From: Octopus sinensis
Taxonomy: Eukaryota
Assembly (NCBI RefSeq): GCF_006345805.1
Contig: NC_043013.1
Coordinates: 22,444,001 to 22,508,000 of the forward strand
DNA: 64,000 nt
Direction of reading: 5' to 3'
Shown: one piece after another, positions 23,857 through 36,055 of the stretch
How positions within the stretch are numbered: position 1 is the first letter of the stretch
Layout: each line of letters begins with the position of its first letter
Notes under the pieces: model-generated
Databases searched by the model: none
Told to the model about the DNA's origin: nothing
Seen by the model: only the letters and a program-made list of their open reading frames with translations
Translations under genes and position numbers: made by a program

Positions 23857-24129
23857 ACTTTGGTGTTTAACTCGATTATTTTCATAGAAATCTAATTAGT
23901 CCATTTTAGTTTCTCAAGTTTCGAAAATTAGGGAAAATGTTTTTCCATGAGGGAGTCGTTATAAGGTTCCTAAATAAATGTTTAATAAAGAATATTTCCC
24001 ATGTTAAAGTTAGTGTATATATATATGTGTGTGTGTGTAAATAATGTCAACAACGTAAAATAATGAATGATATTGGAGCAATGTGTGTAGAATCGATTGA
24101 TGTTTTTAAAAGACAAAAATGTTACTGAC

Positions 24130-25838
24130 CTGATTCTATCGCTTGTGCCGCTGTAACCCCATCGGCTCTCAATTTGACAGAAACGTGATATCACTTGTTC
24201 TTTGCCAGTCAAACTGCAACGGGGCACATCTGAAAAGCTGGATGTCGGTTTCGAACTGATAAAGTATAGGAAAAGATCTACAACTTCTCTATCTAAAAGG
24301 ATACCAGATTGAGCAGAATCCCTAGCAAACTCCTCAACGGACATCAGTGGGAATCTGATAAGGTGAAGTGCCTTACCAAGAACCTTCCTTTGGTTAGCTG
24401 GCGTAACTGTCAGATTTTGTCGAATACATTCGGCTTCAGCCCAACGACAAACCGCCGTGAACAGCTTGCATTCACGGATTCCTAAAGAGTCCCTTTCAAG
24501 AACTACGGCCATTGTGTCGAGATCTATATCTGTGAAGCCTTCAGCCGCGAGGGCCTCCGAAGTGTTTTTGTCTATAGTTTCCAGACAGAGTGAAGCTAAA
24601 TGTGACTCATCAAACAGTCTCGCTTGGCTGAGCAACAAAAAGGCATTGTCACTGGAGAGGTTACCTTTCAAAAATTCAACACATTCCTTCTCCAGTGCTG
24701 GCACAGAGTATTTTTTAGCGGCATACAGAGTAGTCATGACGGTTTCGGGATTAATTTGGACTTCGTCGCAATAGAGGAATCGCAACAAAGCCAAGAAGGC
24801 GCTCGGCTCCACATCCGGAATTTCAATGAGGTTTTCGTGTGTGTAGTTACTGGTCTTCATCCAGTTGAAAAGAGCATCGAAGACAGCACTGCCAACAGAG
24901 AGAACGAACTTGTGCGCTGGGATTATCTGCGAGTCAGGAGCCTTGCCAACACGGAACTTCACATCGCTCATAACATCATTGTTGTAGAGGTAAGCCAGTC
25001 GTTCTCGGACAGATATCTTGGAGGCCTGCCAGTTGTAAGGGCCCCCACTTGTGCTTGAATTGCCAGCAGCGCGGGACACCGATGGGTTCGCAGATGCCCC
25101 TCCACTTATCGGACGGTGTGTGTTCGAATCAGAAAAAGGCACTGAATAGGAACAAGGATAAATGTGAGAAGGATTCGAGTTTGATACAGAGGTATTTGTG
25201 CAGTGGTTGAAACAAGAAGTGAGGTGTGAGGTATCATTTGAAGCAGTTGAATGCAACTGGGAGAATCCCGAAACCGACGAAAATGCGTTTGTAAGAGAGG
25301 ACGAGCTTTCGCACTTATCGTCCGCAGATTCCCGTTTATTACAATCCGTTTGGTTTGAGTCACTTTTGGGTTTTTGTAACTTCGAAGGAGTTGCATTGCC
25401 GCGGGCCGTGTTTACTAAGTCCGAAGACGAACACACATTATCGATTTTGCTTGAAGAAATAGTCGAGCATTGGTCATCAGAATTATTGATAACTTCCCGG
25501 TTCTTCTTGTTGCAGCTGTTAGTTTGGTTTGTTATAGAATTACTTGTGGTGGTAGTAGTAGTGGTATTGGTACAGCTGTTGTTGTTGTTGTTGTTATTAT
25601 TCATGTTGCTGCTGCTGACACTGTTGTTCGGGGGACATCCCAAAGAACTGTTGTTGTTTACCCCAATATTGCTATTATTACCACCACCACCACCACTACT
25701 ATTGCTGTTGTTACTACTACTACTACTACTACTGGTGGCAGTAGCAGTTGTATTACTACTACTACTATTGCTGTTCCTCGAACTGTTACCAACGGCTGCT
25801 GAATGCTGGTTTTGGGCATCGACTACTTTAGACTCCAT
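24130..25838 (-). CDS. BTBD1/BTBD2: BTBD1/2-like, coding exon 1 (low-complexity N-terminus, BTB, BACK, start of PHR)
   Basis: ATG at 25838; [58 protein letters not shown]; AG|gtcagt donor. The four exons total 2103 nt = 700 aa plus stop. Confidence 0.95.
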
Positions 25839-26379
25839 TACGAGCACACACCACCATTTATAAATATATTTACGACGAGGAGATGTTTGCTTTACTTGTT
25901 AAACGAGAAGAGAAAAAAATTTTTACTTTTTATGCATCTCCAAACGAACTAACAAACAAACAAAAAACTTAGCTAAAAAAGTAACTTAGGAAGGTAGAAG
26001 AAGCCCTTGAACAACAACATCAAGAATACAAGCTAAAAGTTATTTTTCCCCGTTTATCCTCTCCCAAGACATCTTAGCAAAATTTTAAATGAAGTTTAAA
26101 AACAAAATAAAATTGCATTTACCTTAAAATATGTATAAAAACAACAGCCACACACAAAGGGGAAAAAAAACCGAATAATTCTAACAAACAAACTAAAAGG
26201 CAGCAAGTAATTCTTCACAAAAAGTCTAGTAAATTAGAAGATTGGCAAGACTGAATATTCCTCGTTGTCCTCCTCCTGATTAAGTTTACAAACGAAATAT
26301 TTCAAGAGATGGAAGACAGAGAGCATCAAGGAGAATGCTTGGAGCTTGTTTTGTGTTTTACATAATTATTTCATTTTGA

Positions 26380-27000
26380 ATAATTTGACATCAGTGCGCG
26401 GAAGGTTCAGTATTTTGTTCTGTCGATCACCACCAGCCATATATACATACATATATATATATGTAGTGCGGCGTATACACGACGTGGGGTGGCCAGCTTA
26501 TGTGGGTTTTAAACAGGAATCTTGCATCGTGCTGCGCTGCGCTCCTCCATCGTTGCTCGCTCGGACGAACTCCGGAGTTTGGAGAGTTTTTCGAGGGGTT
26601 CTATGAACTTGTGGTTATCTCCCCCTTCGATCGATGATGGCGCTGCTGCTGCTGATGATGCTGATGCATGCCCTCTAGCGACATCTACTGGAGACAAAAC
26701 ATCTTGAGACGAAAAACAAACAAGGGGGAGGTAACTGTTGTTCAAATATTTTTGTAGACTGAAAAATGTAATAAAAAAATGTTGTAAAAATTGTGTAAAC
26801 AAACATGACAAACAAATAATAAAGTTTGACGGTTTTCGACATCAACATATTTCAAACGGGGTGTGACTGCACAAGAATGCCCCCTTCCGAATTTGTTTCC
26901 TCAGAACTTTCAGAAAAATGGATATTTTTGTAATGGAATTCTCTGCGACTATCTTTCTGATAATGTCGATTACTGTTATATTGGAATTTAATATGGTAAA
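26380..27000 (-). promoter_or_regulatory. Probable 5'UTR / promoter of BTBD1/2 (CpG-enriched unique sequence)
   Basis: Local CpG enrichment (26400-26700) in unique sequence directly upstream of the ATG; TSS not determinable. Confidence 0.4.
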
Positions 27001-27197
27001 AAAAAAAAAGAATTAGTGTGGTGTACACTTATATGCGGAAAATCATAACATATATATATCTACAAAATGTCATGTTTTTTTTTTTTACATACGTGCGTGT
27101 GTGTTTAGATAAACGACCAGACCCAAGTGTAAAAATATATATTACAGGAAATAAAATAAATATCGAACGCATATAGCTGTGAAAACGGCCAGAAAAT

Positions 27198-27471
27198 GGT
27201 ACTACTTGTGAACAGTGGTCCCGGTGCGCGCACTCGCGTACTCGCGCATCCGCGCTAGCTAGTCATGACGAGTCAATCCAAACTTTGTGTTTTTGTGTTT
27301 TATTTACTTTGTTTAACAAAAATTATTTACTCTGTGTAAAAAGAATTATTTATTTTGTGTTTTATTTACTTTGCTAGGTAGTCGTTGTAGGATCGACTAG
27401 TCACGACTAGCTAGCGCGGATGCGTGACTACGCGAGTGCGCGCACCAGGACCACTGTTCTCAAGTAGTATC
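27198..27471. mobile_element. Mutator-like MITE, 274 bp
   Basis: 82-bp TIRs (27198-27279 / 27390-27471); exact 9-bp TSD ccagaaaat (27189-27197, 27472-27480). Confidence 0.88.
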
Positions 27472-27819
27472 CCAGAAAATTGGGTGAAAAGGTGGAAAAA
27501 AGGGTCAAAGTAAAGGGTTTGACCCGAGCAAAAAAAAAGAAAAAATAGTGTAATAGGTGTAAAATAACTTGTTCTAAACGAATGTGAAAAAACAATGCGC
27601 GCTAGCAAACGGAAGGGTGGGGGAGAGGACTCGAAAAATTCACATCGTCAGACCATGACCTTTAAACTAATGTTTGACCTGAGCGAAAAAAGAAATTAAA
27701 AAATAGTGTAATAGCTGTACAGCAACATGTCCATTAAACCCCAGTGTTTGCCCAAGGTGCCATGCAGTGGGACTGTACTCGGAACCATGAAGGTGAAGAG
27801 GGTTAATATATAATATTTA

Positions 27820-28112
27820 TGCGCCCTTTTAAGGCCTAGCCAGGCTCATGAGCCCGGTTTCCCGGTTTCTATGGCGTATGTGTTCTCCCCAGCTGGACGG
27901 GACGCCAGTCCATCGCAGCGTTACTCAAGAAACAAGAAAGAGCGAGAGAAAGTTGGGGCGAAAGAGTACAACAGGGGTCACCACCACTCCCTGCCGAAGC
28001 CTCGTGGAGCTTTTAGGTGTTTTCGCTCAATAAACACACACAACGCCCGGTCTGGGAATCGAAACTACGATCCTCCGACCGCGAGTCCGCTACCCTAACC
28101 ACTGGGCCATTA
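27820..28112 (-). mobile_element. tRNA-derived SINE (third family)
   Basis: Reverse complement aatggcccagtggttagggtagcggactcgcggtc...gtttcgattcccagaccggg. Same head at 61400-61768; similar tail at 63790-63900. Confidence 0.8.
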
Positions 28113-28160
28113 ACTTGGACGGTGTTAAGTAGTGGATATGTTTGGTGATTGTATGTGGTT

Positions 28161-29790
28161 GTCCTGCTGTCTATATCGACCGACACCCTTCCGGGGATCT
28201 AATGGGCGAAGCGTAGGGTACCTTAGCCGGACGTTCGGTTCATCCCACACCACTAGTTCTGCTTACCAAAAGTGGCCCACTTGGCACCGTGCATTCGTCG
28301 CGTTGCAATGGCTGCGATATACGGCCGCCCCCGATCAGGAGAGGAGCAGTCCGTTTCGCCCGTTCCGATTTCAAGAGTAGATCGAGGCCGTCAACGTCCC
28401 CGGGGCCTCGGGTCTTTCGCTTTACCAGACGGAATTGCATGCAGTTCTCCTGCTGGCGGTAGTTATCCTGAGGGAAACTTCAGAGGGAACCATCTACTGG
28501 ACGGATCGATTGGTCTTTCACCCCTACACCTGGTTCCGACGATCGATTTGTACGTCAGAGGCGCTTCGGACTTCCAGAGTTTCCCCAGGCTTCGTCCCGA
28601 CCGGGCGTGGATCGCTATTTTTCGGGTCCCCGGCCGCCTGCTACACCTGAGTTGGAGCGGGAACGCGACGACGCGCGGAAACGCGGTCGCGAACGCGCGG
28701 AAACGCGATCGCGGACGCGTGGACCCGACCTGGGAACGATGCTACGAGGTGCCGCACGCACCTCGACGACGGCGCCGGCGACGTGAGCGACGACGTGTCA
28801 CCTTCTCATTTTCGCTGTGCCGTCGGAGTTCGCAAGGTGAAAGGCTCCAACGACTTGCAAGTCGACCGGGACTCCTCAGTCCGTGTTTCAAGACGGGCCG
28901 GGTAGTTTGCCGATGCTCGTCGCTGACCGGCAGCAAGGGCGGCTTTTCGGTCGGTCTCGCGACCGCCGCGCGTCGCTATCTCGTGAGGGAGGCAATGCGG
29001 CAGCGCGCAGGCGGCATTGTCACGCGCCGCGGAAACAACGCGCGACTCGCTGCGTCGTGCTTGCTGAGGGTGAGGTGCATTAGCCCGTCTCCGTCTGTTA
29101 GCCGTGTCTGCAATTTCGTGGGGCGATAGGCCCGATCGAGAGAAGCGCGTATGTCCCGATGCCAGCCGGCAGCGAAGCCGACGGCACAAGGCGCTTATCT
29201 GCCACCTGCAGACGCCGCGCGTATACCGGCCCGACGGGCACTGGTCTCGACGACGGATCGGAAAAGTGCGTCCGATGCTGGCGCTCCGGATATCGAGCAC
29301 CGATGAGGCAGCAGATGACCGTCCGCGGAACGAGCGGCCGCCACAGGCGCGTTCGTCAGGGATGACGGCGCATCGGTGGGAAGGAGCGGACTGAGTCCTT
29401 TCGCAATTGCGGTGAGTGCTCCTACCCGTTTACCCCTGGGCAGTTGCACGGTCTCTTGAACTCTCGCTCTCCAAAGTTCTTTTCAACTTTCCCCCGTAGT
29501 ACTTGTCGGCTATCGGACTCGTCCCCGTATTTAGCCTTGGATGGAGCTTACCACCCGCTTTAGGCTGCGTTCCTAAACAACCCGACTCTCGGGCTGAAGA
29601 ACACCGCCGATCGCCGCCGGCTCCAAATAGGACTGGCACCCGCTCTGGGCAGCCCCGATCAAGGGGACTCCGAACCTAACCAGGCGAAACGATCGACCGT
29701 GTACGACCCTTGAGATTCGGTGTTGGGCTTCTCCCAGTTCACTCGCCATTACTTAGAGAATCCCGGTTGGTTTCTTTTCCTTCTCTGAGT
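28161..29790 (-). pseudogene. 28S rRNA: Orphan 28S rRNA gene fragment (5' part, including the D1-D3 expansion segments)
   Basis: Reverse complement contains conserved LSU blocks GGAAAAGAAACCAACC, GGTGGTAAGCTCCATCCAAGGCTAAATAC, CCCGTCTTGAAACACGGAC, GTGGGCCACTTTTGGTAAGCAGAAC and ATAGACAGCAGGAC; truncated at both ends, with no 5.8S, 18S or ITS. Confidence 0.92.
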
Positions 29791-29845
29791 CGAGCCGAGC
29801 CGAGCCGAGCCAAGCCGAGCCGAGCTAAAATGAGCTGAGTTCAGT
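29791..29845. repeat. (GAGCC)n pentamer tract at the rDNA-mariner junction
   Basis: cgagccgagccgagccgagccaagccgagccgagct. Confidence 0.85.
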
Positions 29846-29847
29846 CT

Positions 29848-30321
29848 ACTCAAGTCTGCTGTCAACAATTAGAGCGTTTGAACCAAGCTTTGAAGATAAA
29901 AAAAAGACCCGATTTGGTGAATCGAAAAGGAGTGATGTTTCATCAAGACAATGCGCGACCCCACACTGCAAAGATCACATCACAGAAGATCGAAGAGCTT
30001 GGTAGGGGAAAAATTCCTCATCAACCTTATTCTCCCAACCTTGCTCCTTCAGACTACCATTTGTTTCGTAGTTTACAGAATTATTTGAGGGACATAAGTT
30101 TCGCAAGCCAGGAGGAGGTCAAAACTGACATTTCAGAGCTCTTCGCTTTGAAACCAAAAGAGTTTTACATTGATGGGATTAAAAAGCTTGTAAATAGATG
30201 GAAGGAAGTCATAGATAATCAGGGGAAGTACATTGATGATTAAATTTCAATTAAGTATAACATTTGATCACTTTTTGCTTTCTTTATTCAAAATTCAGAC
30301 AGAACTTATGGGATGACCTGA
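29848..30321 (+). mobile_element. 3' third of the same mariner family, with one TIR
   Basis: ORF ...QDNARPH...YSPNLAPSDYHLF...QGKYIDD*; TIR cagacagaacttatgggatgacctga followed by TA. Confidence 0.92.
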
Positions 30322-32030
30322 TATATATATATATAACAAAACTCAAAATGAATGACAGATTTTCGTGGGTCAAGTTCCTTTAATGCAAAATGCATAAAAA
30401 ATTCATCGAGATGTTAGATTTCAAGCGCTCCAATTTTACAATCCAAAGAAAAGCAGTATTACAAAACCTTTTTTTCTTTTGCTTCTTCCTTAATGCGGGG
30501 CCTGCAGACCTACCAACTTACCTATAACCATGCAGCACATGTGCAGCACCAACGGCAGCTTCTGCCCCACAAGCACCACTAAACAAAGCTAAGCAAATCA
30601 TCTAATTGCTCTCTCATTAACTCTTTCCCTATCCACTCTATGCGACAGAGCATCCATGCATTGACGAACAACACCCCCAAAAATTCATGTCCGCACAAAC
30701 CACAACATTCCCAATGCAATTCATAACCACTTTCTCCGTTGCTCTTACCATTTCCCTTGCCTTGCCTTTCACAACTGTTTCCATTTTCATTTTAATATCA
30801 TAACCCCGACATCATCTTATTTTGCACATTTACCTTCCTACTACCAGTTCATTATTACCGCAGCAGCTGCAAGTTTGCAACTTATCTACACTTACATACT
30901 AACCCTTCAATTCATATTTCATACTTAACAGTGTCTCTCACTGCGTTTCATCATGCTTATTTTAGAGCATGCTCCGAAGGAAGAGTTCTTCAATTGGACG
31001 AAAAACTGCGAAAGCTGCAAGACCACCAGCAAGGAGGCCAAACGAATCGTCCGTGGAAACTGGCATTAGACGATCACAAAATGCTGGACGTACAGCCACT
31101 TCAAGAGCACTCCAAACAGATGGCCAGCGTACAGTTTGACAAATTGCTGATGCTGCATCAACTGCTGCTGCACAAATTGCAGAGAACAAAACCGAATGCA
31201 CTACACACCTGGTCATGAATGCAGCCAACATGGCTGCTGCGCGAGCTTCCCACACCTTACAACAGAGATGTACTAGGCTGCAGCCTTCCGTTCAACAAAG
31301 AGCTAAAAGACGAGGCTTTTCAACGCCATGCAGCTCACGATTGTCATTAAAGGCTTTCGACTACAACCCTAAGCTTCATTATGATTGCCACCCAGATATG
31401 AACACTGGAGATATGTCCACCACTTGCTCTTTCTGCAATGCTAAGAAGCAGTCAAGAGAAAGTCCTGCTATGTGTTGCGCTAATGGAAAAGTTAACCCCA
31501 CTCCGCTGCAGGATCCACCACAACTGTTGAAGTCACTCTACACTGGCACAACTACAGTGTCGAAACATTTCCTCATTAACATCCGGAAGTACAATTGTGC
31601 ATTCCAAATGACAGCTTTCGGCGCTAATGTTGTTCAAGAAGGCGGGTTTGTTTCTACTTTTCAAAGTGCAGGGACAGATTTACCATAGGATAGGATCGCT
31701 TGAACCTGCTGAAAATCAAGATCCTCAAATCCTTCAACTGTACTTTATAGGTAATTTACATGAACAAAACAAGCATAAGAGTTTGCATCTTGCCCTCCAC
31801 GTTCACTGGAAGTCCCCGATACATGCATGAAAGAACACAGGATGCAATGACTTTTGTCCGCCATTACATACATTGCTTGCCAACTAATGTTGGTATGTTT
31901 ACTTCCCCACGAATTAGCAGCTTCACAAAAGAGAGCGAGAGAATGAGTACTCGGAGTCGATGCTACTCGATTCCTTTATGCGAAGCCAACAAGATTCATT
32001 ATGTGTATTACATGGTGTTGATTCAGTAAT
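30322..32030 (+). mobile_element. Internally deleted autonomous-type Helitron (RepHel N-terminal relic)
   Basis: CSFCNA...CCANGKV, NIRKYNCAFQMTAFG, FKVQGQIYHRIGSL and ILPSTFTGSPRYMHERTQDAMTFVRHY are RepHel N-terminal motifs, split by frameshifts; tatatataacaaaactcaaaatgaatg resembles a Helitron 5' end. Confidence 0.85.
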
Positions 32031-32208
32031 TATCAACCACTCTTTGAGGTGTTTAATATATGATGCTAATGTCGTAGAATTTTTTCTATTGGGGTGAATA
32101 AATGAACTCTTGTGTCCACTATATCTATTTTTAAAAATAATAGTACTTCCTATATAAATTTTCCTATGTTACTGATCTAACTTCGCAAATATACTGAATT
32201 AACTTCGT

Positions 32209-32283
<75 letters not shown>

Positions 32284-34148
32284 TTATGTATGTATGTATG
32301 TATATTAATAATCTGTAGTTGTGAAGCATCGCTTCCCCGCCATGTAATCTTTTCTACTGGTAAATCATGTTTTCTGAAGAACGGGAGTTGCATAAAAAGA
32401 TTGTACGAGACGAGAGAGAAGAAATACTGAACATACTCTTTACTCTTTTACTTGTTTCAGTCATTTGACTGCGACCATGCTGTCATTTGATTGCGACCTT
32501 TAGTCGAGCAAATCGACCCCAGGATTTATTCTATCGGTCTTTTTTGCCGAACCGCTAAGTTACGAGGACGTTAACATACCAGTATCGGTTGTCAAGCGAT
32601 GTTGGGGGACAAACACAGACACACAAACATACACACACACACACACATACACACACACACACACACATATATATACTAAATCCACTCACAAGGCTTTGGT
32701 CGGCCCGGAACCATGTGGTTGGTAACCAAGCTACTTACCACACAGCCACTCCTCCGCCAGTATATTTTATTGAAGCAAATGGTTAATACTGATAGGTATA
32801 ATAACATTCTGCTTGAATATGGTGAAATATTTTTCTAATGACAGATTGATTGAAAATTTGAAAATATAATTAAGAGAGTTTCCATATTTGATTCGATATT
32901 GAAGTGGTTGTTATTTTAAAAGATACAGTTTGGTACAAGTAATTATCACACTATATTTGATGAATGCGCTTCGTACAGAATTTGAGATAATTTCCTTTAC
33001 TTATATCAATCAGCTGAATTTACAGGCAAAATTTTTGCTGAACATTGCATTTTCTAGAGTCTGTGTGATGCCTGATGATTGTTTTAACCGATTTATGAAC
33101 CAAGTTTTTAAAATATATGTTTTAAAATCACACACATAAAATATTTTTTGCCAAATTGCATTCGTGGCAGAACTTATGTTAACTTTAGAACTCGTAATTC
33201 AATACATATAATTTTCTACCAAACCGAAATCCGTCGCCATGATCTTTAAATTCCAACCAGTTTTAAACGTGTCGCGTTTATTCGAATAGTTTGTATGCTT
33301 CTTATGTACTATTATAAGAGATAAACAACCCATGAAAGTATATAAATTATCCATCTGACTAGGACAGCTATTAATAAATTCTCCAAAGAGAGGGAGTGAG
33401 TGCCGTCATGAAGTTGTACAACCTGCAAGAAGTAGCAGACAAATCTTCTTCAAACTTTTAGGAACGGACACATTGGCCAATCTTAGATGTGCAAAAGATG
33501 GGAATGTCACGTCTAGAACGTCTTTGGATACAAGTCTGTCTGACTAGGGCTGACCCGAGGTTAAAACAATAGACTGAAGGAACTGTCTTTAACGTTCAGC
33601 AATAGACTACGAGCATGAATCACGTGTGTGTGTATTTTGCGAGAATGTAGAATAGATTTTTGGATAGAACCGAGAGATTCTGTCACTAAAAACACTTGTT
33701 CTTCAAATGCTAGATTTCTTAGGCATTATGCCACAGAGCCATTAGCGGTGAATGTAGCAATAATTTGTTGTGATTTAGTTCCGACGGCATTTGGCGAGGA
33801 GAATAAATGAAACGTCTTCAGTTTAGAATGAAATCTGTGTCGAAGCGTCGATTCTCTGACATCTTCTCGCTGCACAAGTTCTGAGATGAATCAATTCTAT
33901 TTTGGTTTTTATATATTTATATATAGCTAACTATAAGAGTTTTGGTGTAAACATGAAAGGAATTTGGAACGTTTAGAGTTTGGCACATAGATGCAAACTT
34001 AAACACAGTTACTGGCAAATGCAGTTTTGTCGGTAGAACAGTTTGTGTATAAACTCTGTTATCTTAAACATAATGTTCACACCTTTTTAAATAGAGTTGA
34101 CCTAATTTATAAACATTACTATTATAGTTGTTGTTATTGTTGTTGTTG

Positions 34149-34208
<60 letters not shown>

Positions 34209-34247
34209 GTATCTGTTGTTGTTGTTATTATTACTATTATTATTATT

Positions 34248-34460
34248 AAAGCAGCGAGCTGGCAGAATCGTTAGCACGCCGGGCAAAATGCTGAACAGCA
34301 TTTCACTCGTCTTTATGTTCTGAGTTCGAATGCTACCGAGGTCGACTTTGTCTTTCCTCCTTTCGGGGTCGATGAAATAAGTACCAGCTGAGCACTGGGG
34401 TCGATGTAATCAACTCATCCCCTCCCCCAGAACTACTGCCCTTGTGGCAAAATATGAAAC
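34248..34460 (+). mobile_element. tRNA-derived Meta-type SINE
   Basis: gagctggcagaatcgttagc...gagttcgaat...gactttgtctttcctcctttcggggtcgatgaaataagtacc. Confidence 0.8.
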
Positions 34461-34471
34461 CATTATCATTA

Positions 34472-36046
34472 TTATTACCTCCGCCTTACGGAAGGAGGAG
34501 GTATTGTTTTCAGTCGTGTTTGTTTGTTTGTCTGTCCGTGGACAAGATATCTCAAGAACCGCTGGATGGATCCGGATGAAACTTTCAGGGATGTTTGGTT
34601 TCGTAACTGGTACAAACTGATTAAATTTTGGGATCGATCCGGTACCGGACAATGATTTTGGATTATTTGTTATATTTACTTTATATGCTTATGATCTTAC
34701 GTTGACTTTCGAGTCTGTCTCAATTATCTCCCTTTAGACTGTTTCCAAAGTTTTATTTTCGTTTCTCTATTGTTAATTTTACTCGCGTCTCTATCTTAGT
34801 AGAAACTGATGAATAAAGAAATCAAACTGCGTAAACAAACGGCAGCAAAACCGTTCAGGTCAATACCTAGAAACTGCAGTCCGTGCGTATCACTTAGGTT
34901 GACGAGGGAGAGATGACCTCCCTTTGCAAATACCATAAGGGCACAGAAAGTGTGCCTAAAGCCAGCTGGAGACGATGTTCTCCTGGGGGCTACAAGCTCC
35001 AGTAACACCCACCCTTAGTGGTTAGCCATATTGAGATGGCTAGTATACCTCACATTGTCGTGCAGTTATTGTTTATATCTCGTTCAGAGATTTATTATTG
35101 CTAACATATTTTTATAATACATCTTTATATATAAAAGTGAAGTTGTGTGTCTGTCTCCTACGATTTAGATTCCTAACTACTCCCACATTTTGCGGTGCGG
35201 TTTAACCAAAACCGGGTATCTTATAGTCGTGATTCATATACCTTCTGGGTATTAGCGCGCGTCTACGATGAGTCTACGATTTTAAAAAAAATTACCATCA
35301 TTTTTTTCCATTTTAATGCATTATTTCGCTATTATATAAGGGAAGTAACTCTCTAAAAATGTCTACGATGAGTCAACGATTTTAAAAAAATTTACCATAA
35401 TTTTTTTTCCATTTTTAATGCATTTTTTTGCTATTTTTTGGCTATAACTCTAAAAATGCTTATATAGTTATTTTCCTTACAAACCCGAACAACGCCGGGC
35501 GATACTGCTAGTATATTATATATTATACATACATTTTAACACTATACAGTATACTTATATATATACATACATTTATACATCGACCTAAAACAACAGGAAT
35601 ACTAAAAGAAGGCCAGAATTTAAGAGAAGAGAAAACCAAAAGGTCTCCATGCTATTCATTTAAAAATTCCTGAGTAGAACTTATTATTATTACCCCTGCC
35701 TTTGAAACTATTTTGAATCGTGGATTTGTTAACTTTGGCTTGTAGTAGATAAAGGATAAACTATTGATTACTGTTAGTAAATTGTCTACAGCCACCTTCA
35801 CATTCCATGACTACCATTGGGATCGATCGGGTACCAGACAAAGATTCTGGATTATTATTCCGTTTTTTTTGGGGGGTTTTTTACTTAATTTTTGAGAGCG
35901 GTCGGGTTCATTTTCAGTATTCTCGTTTGTGAGAGCAGTCGAGTTTATTTCAGATATTCTCATTTTAGAAAATCAACTCTGGCTAATCGTTGAGAGGACA
36001 TTAGTGTTGCCTTGGCGAAGGTTTGCGCTCTCTGAGTGCTCTTGTT
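34472..36046 (+). mobile_element. DINE-1/HINE-like (Helentron-associated) element ends enclosing ~1.1 kb
   Basis: 5' ttattacctccgcc...ggaggtattgttttc plus (GTTT)/(GTCT) microsatellite; 3' ttggcgaaggtttgcgctctctgagtgc (subTIR and hairpin); ~40-bp segment duplicated at 34628 and 35818. Confidence 0.65.
35122..35511 (+). mobile_element. Non-autonomous Helitron
   Basis: A|TC...CTAG|T termini; subterminal hairpin cccgaacaacgccggg. Confidence 0.88.
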
Positions 36047-36055
36047 ATTATTATT

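Noticed and set aside
23982-24129. C-terminal extension of the 621-aa ORF (SVTFLSF...)
   Set aside because: This is read-through into intron 1; homology continues in the exon at 20275.
24457-25863. Plus-strand ORFs overlapping BTBD exon 1
   Set aside because: Antisense shadows of the coding and trinucleotide-repeat sequence.
28272-29639. Arg-rich ORFs of up to 285 aa
   Set aside because: They lie in GC-rich 28S rDNA sequence with few stop codons.
28161-29790. Functional rRNA gene or bacterial contamination
   Set aside because: Eukaryotic LSU motifs, truncated at both ends, substitutions in conserved blocks and no adjacent rDNA unit.
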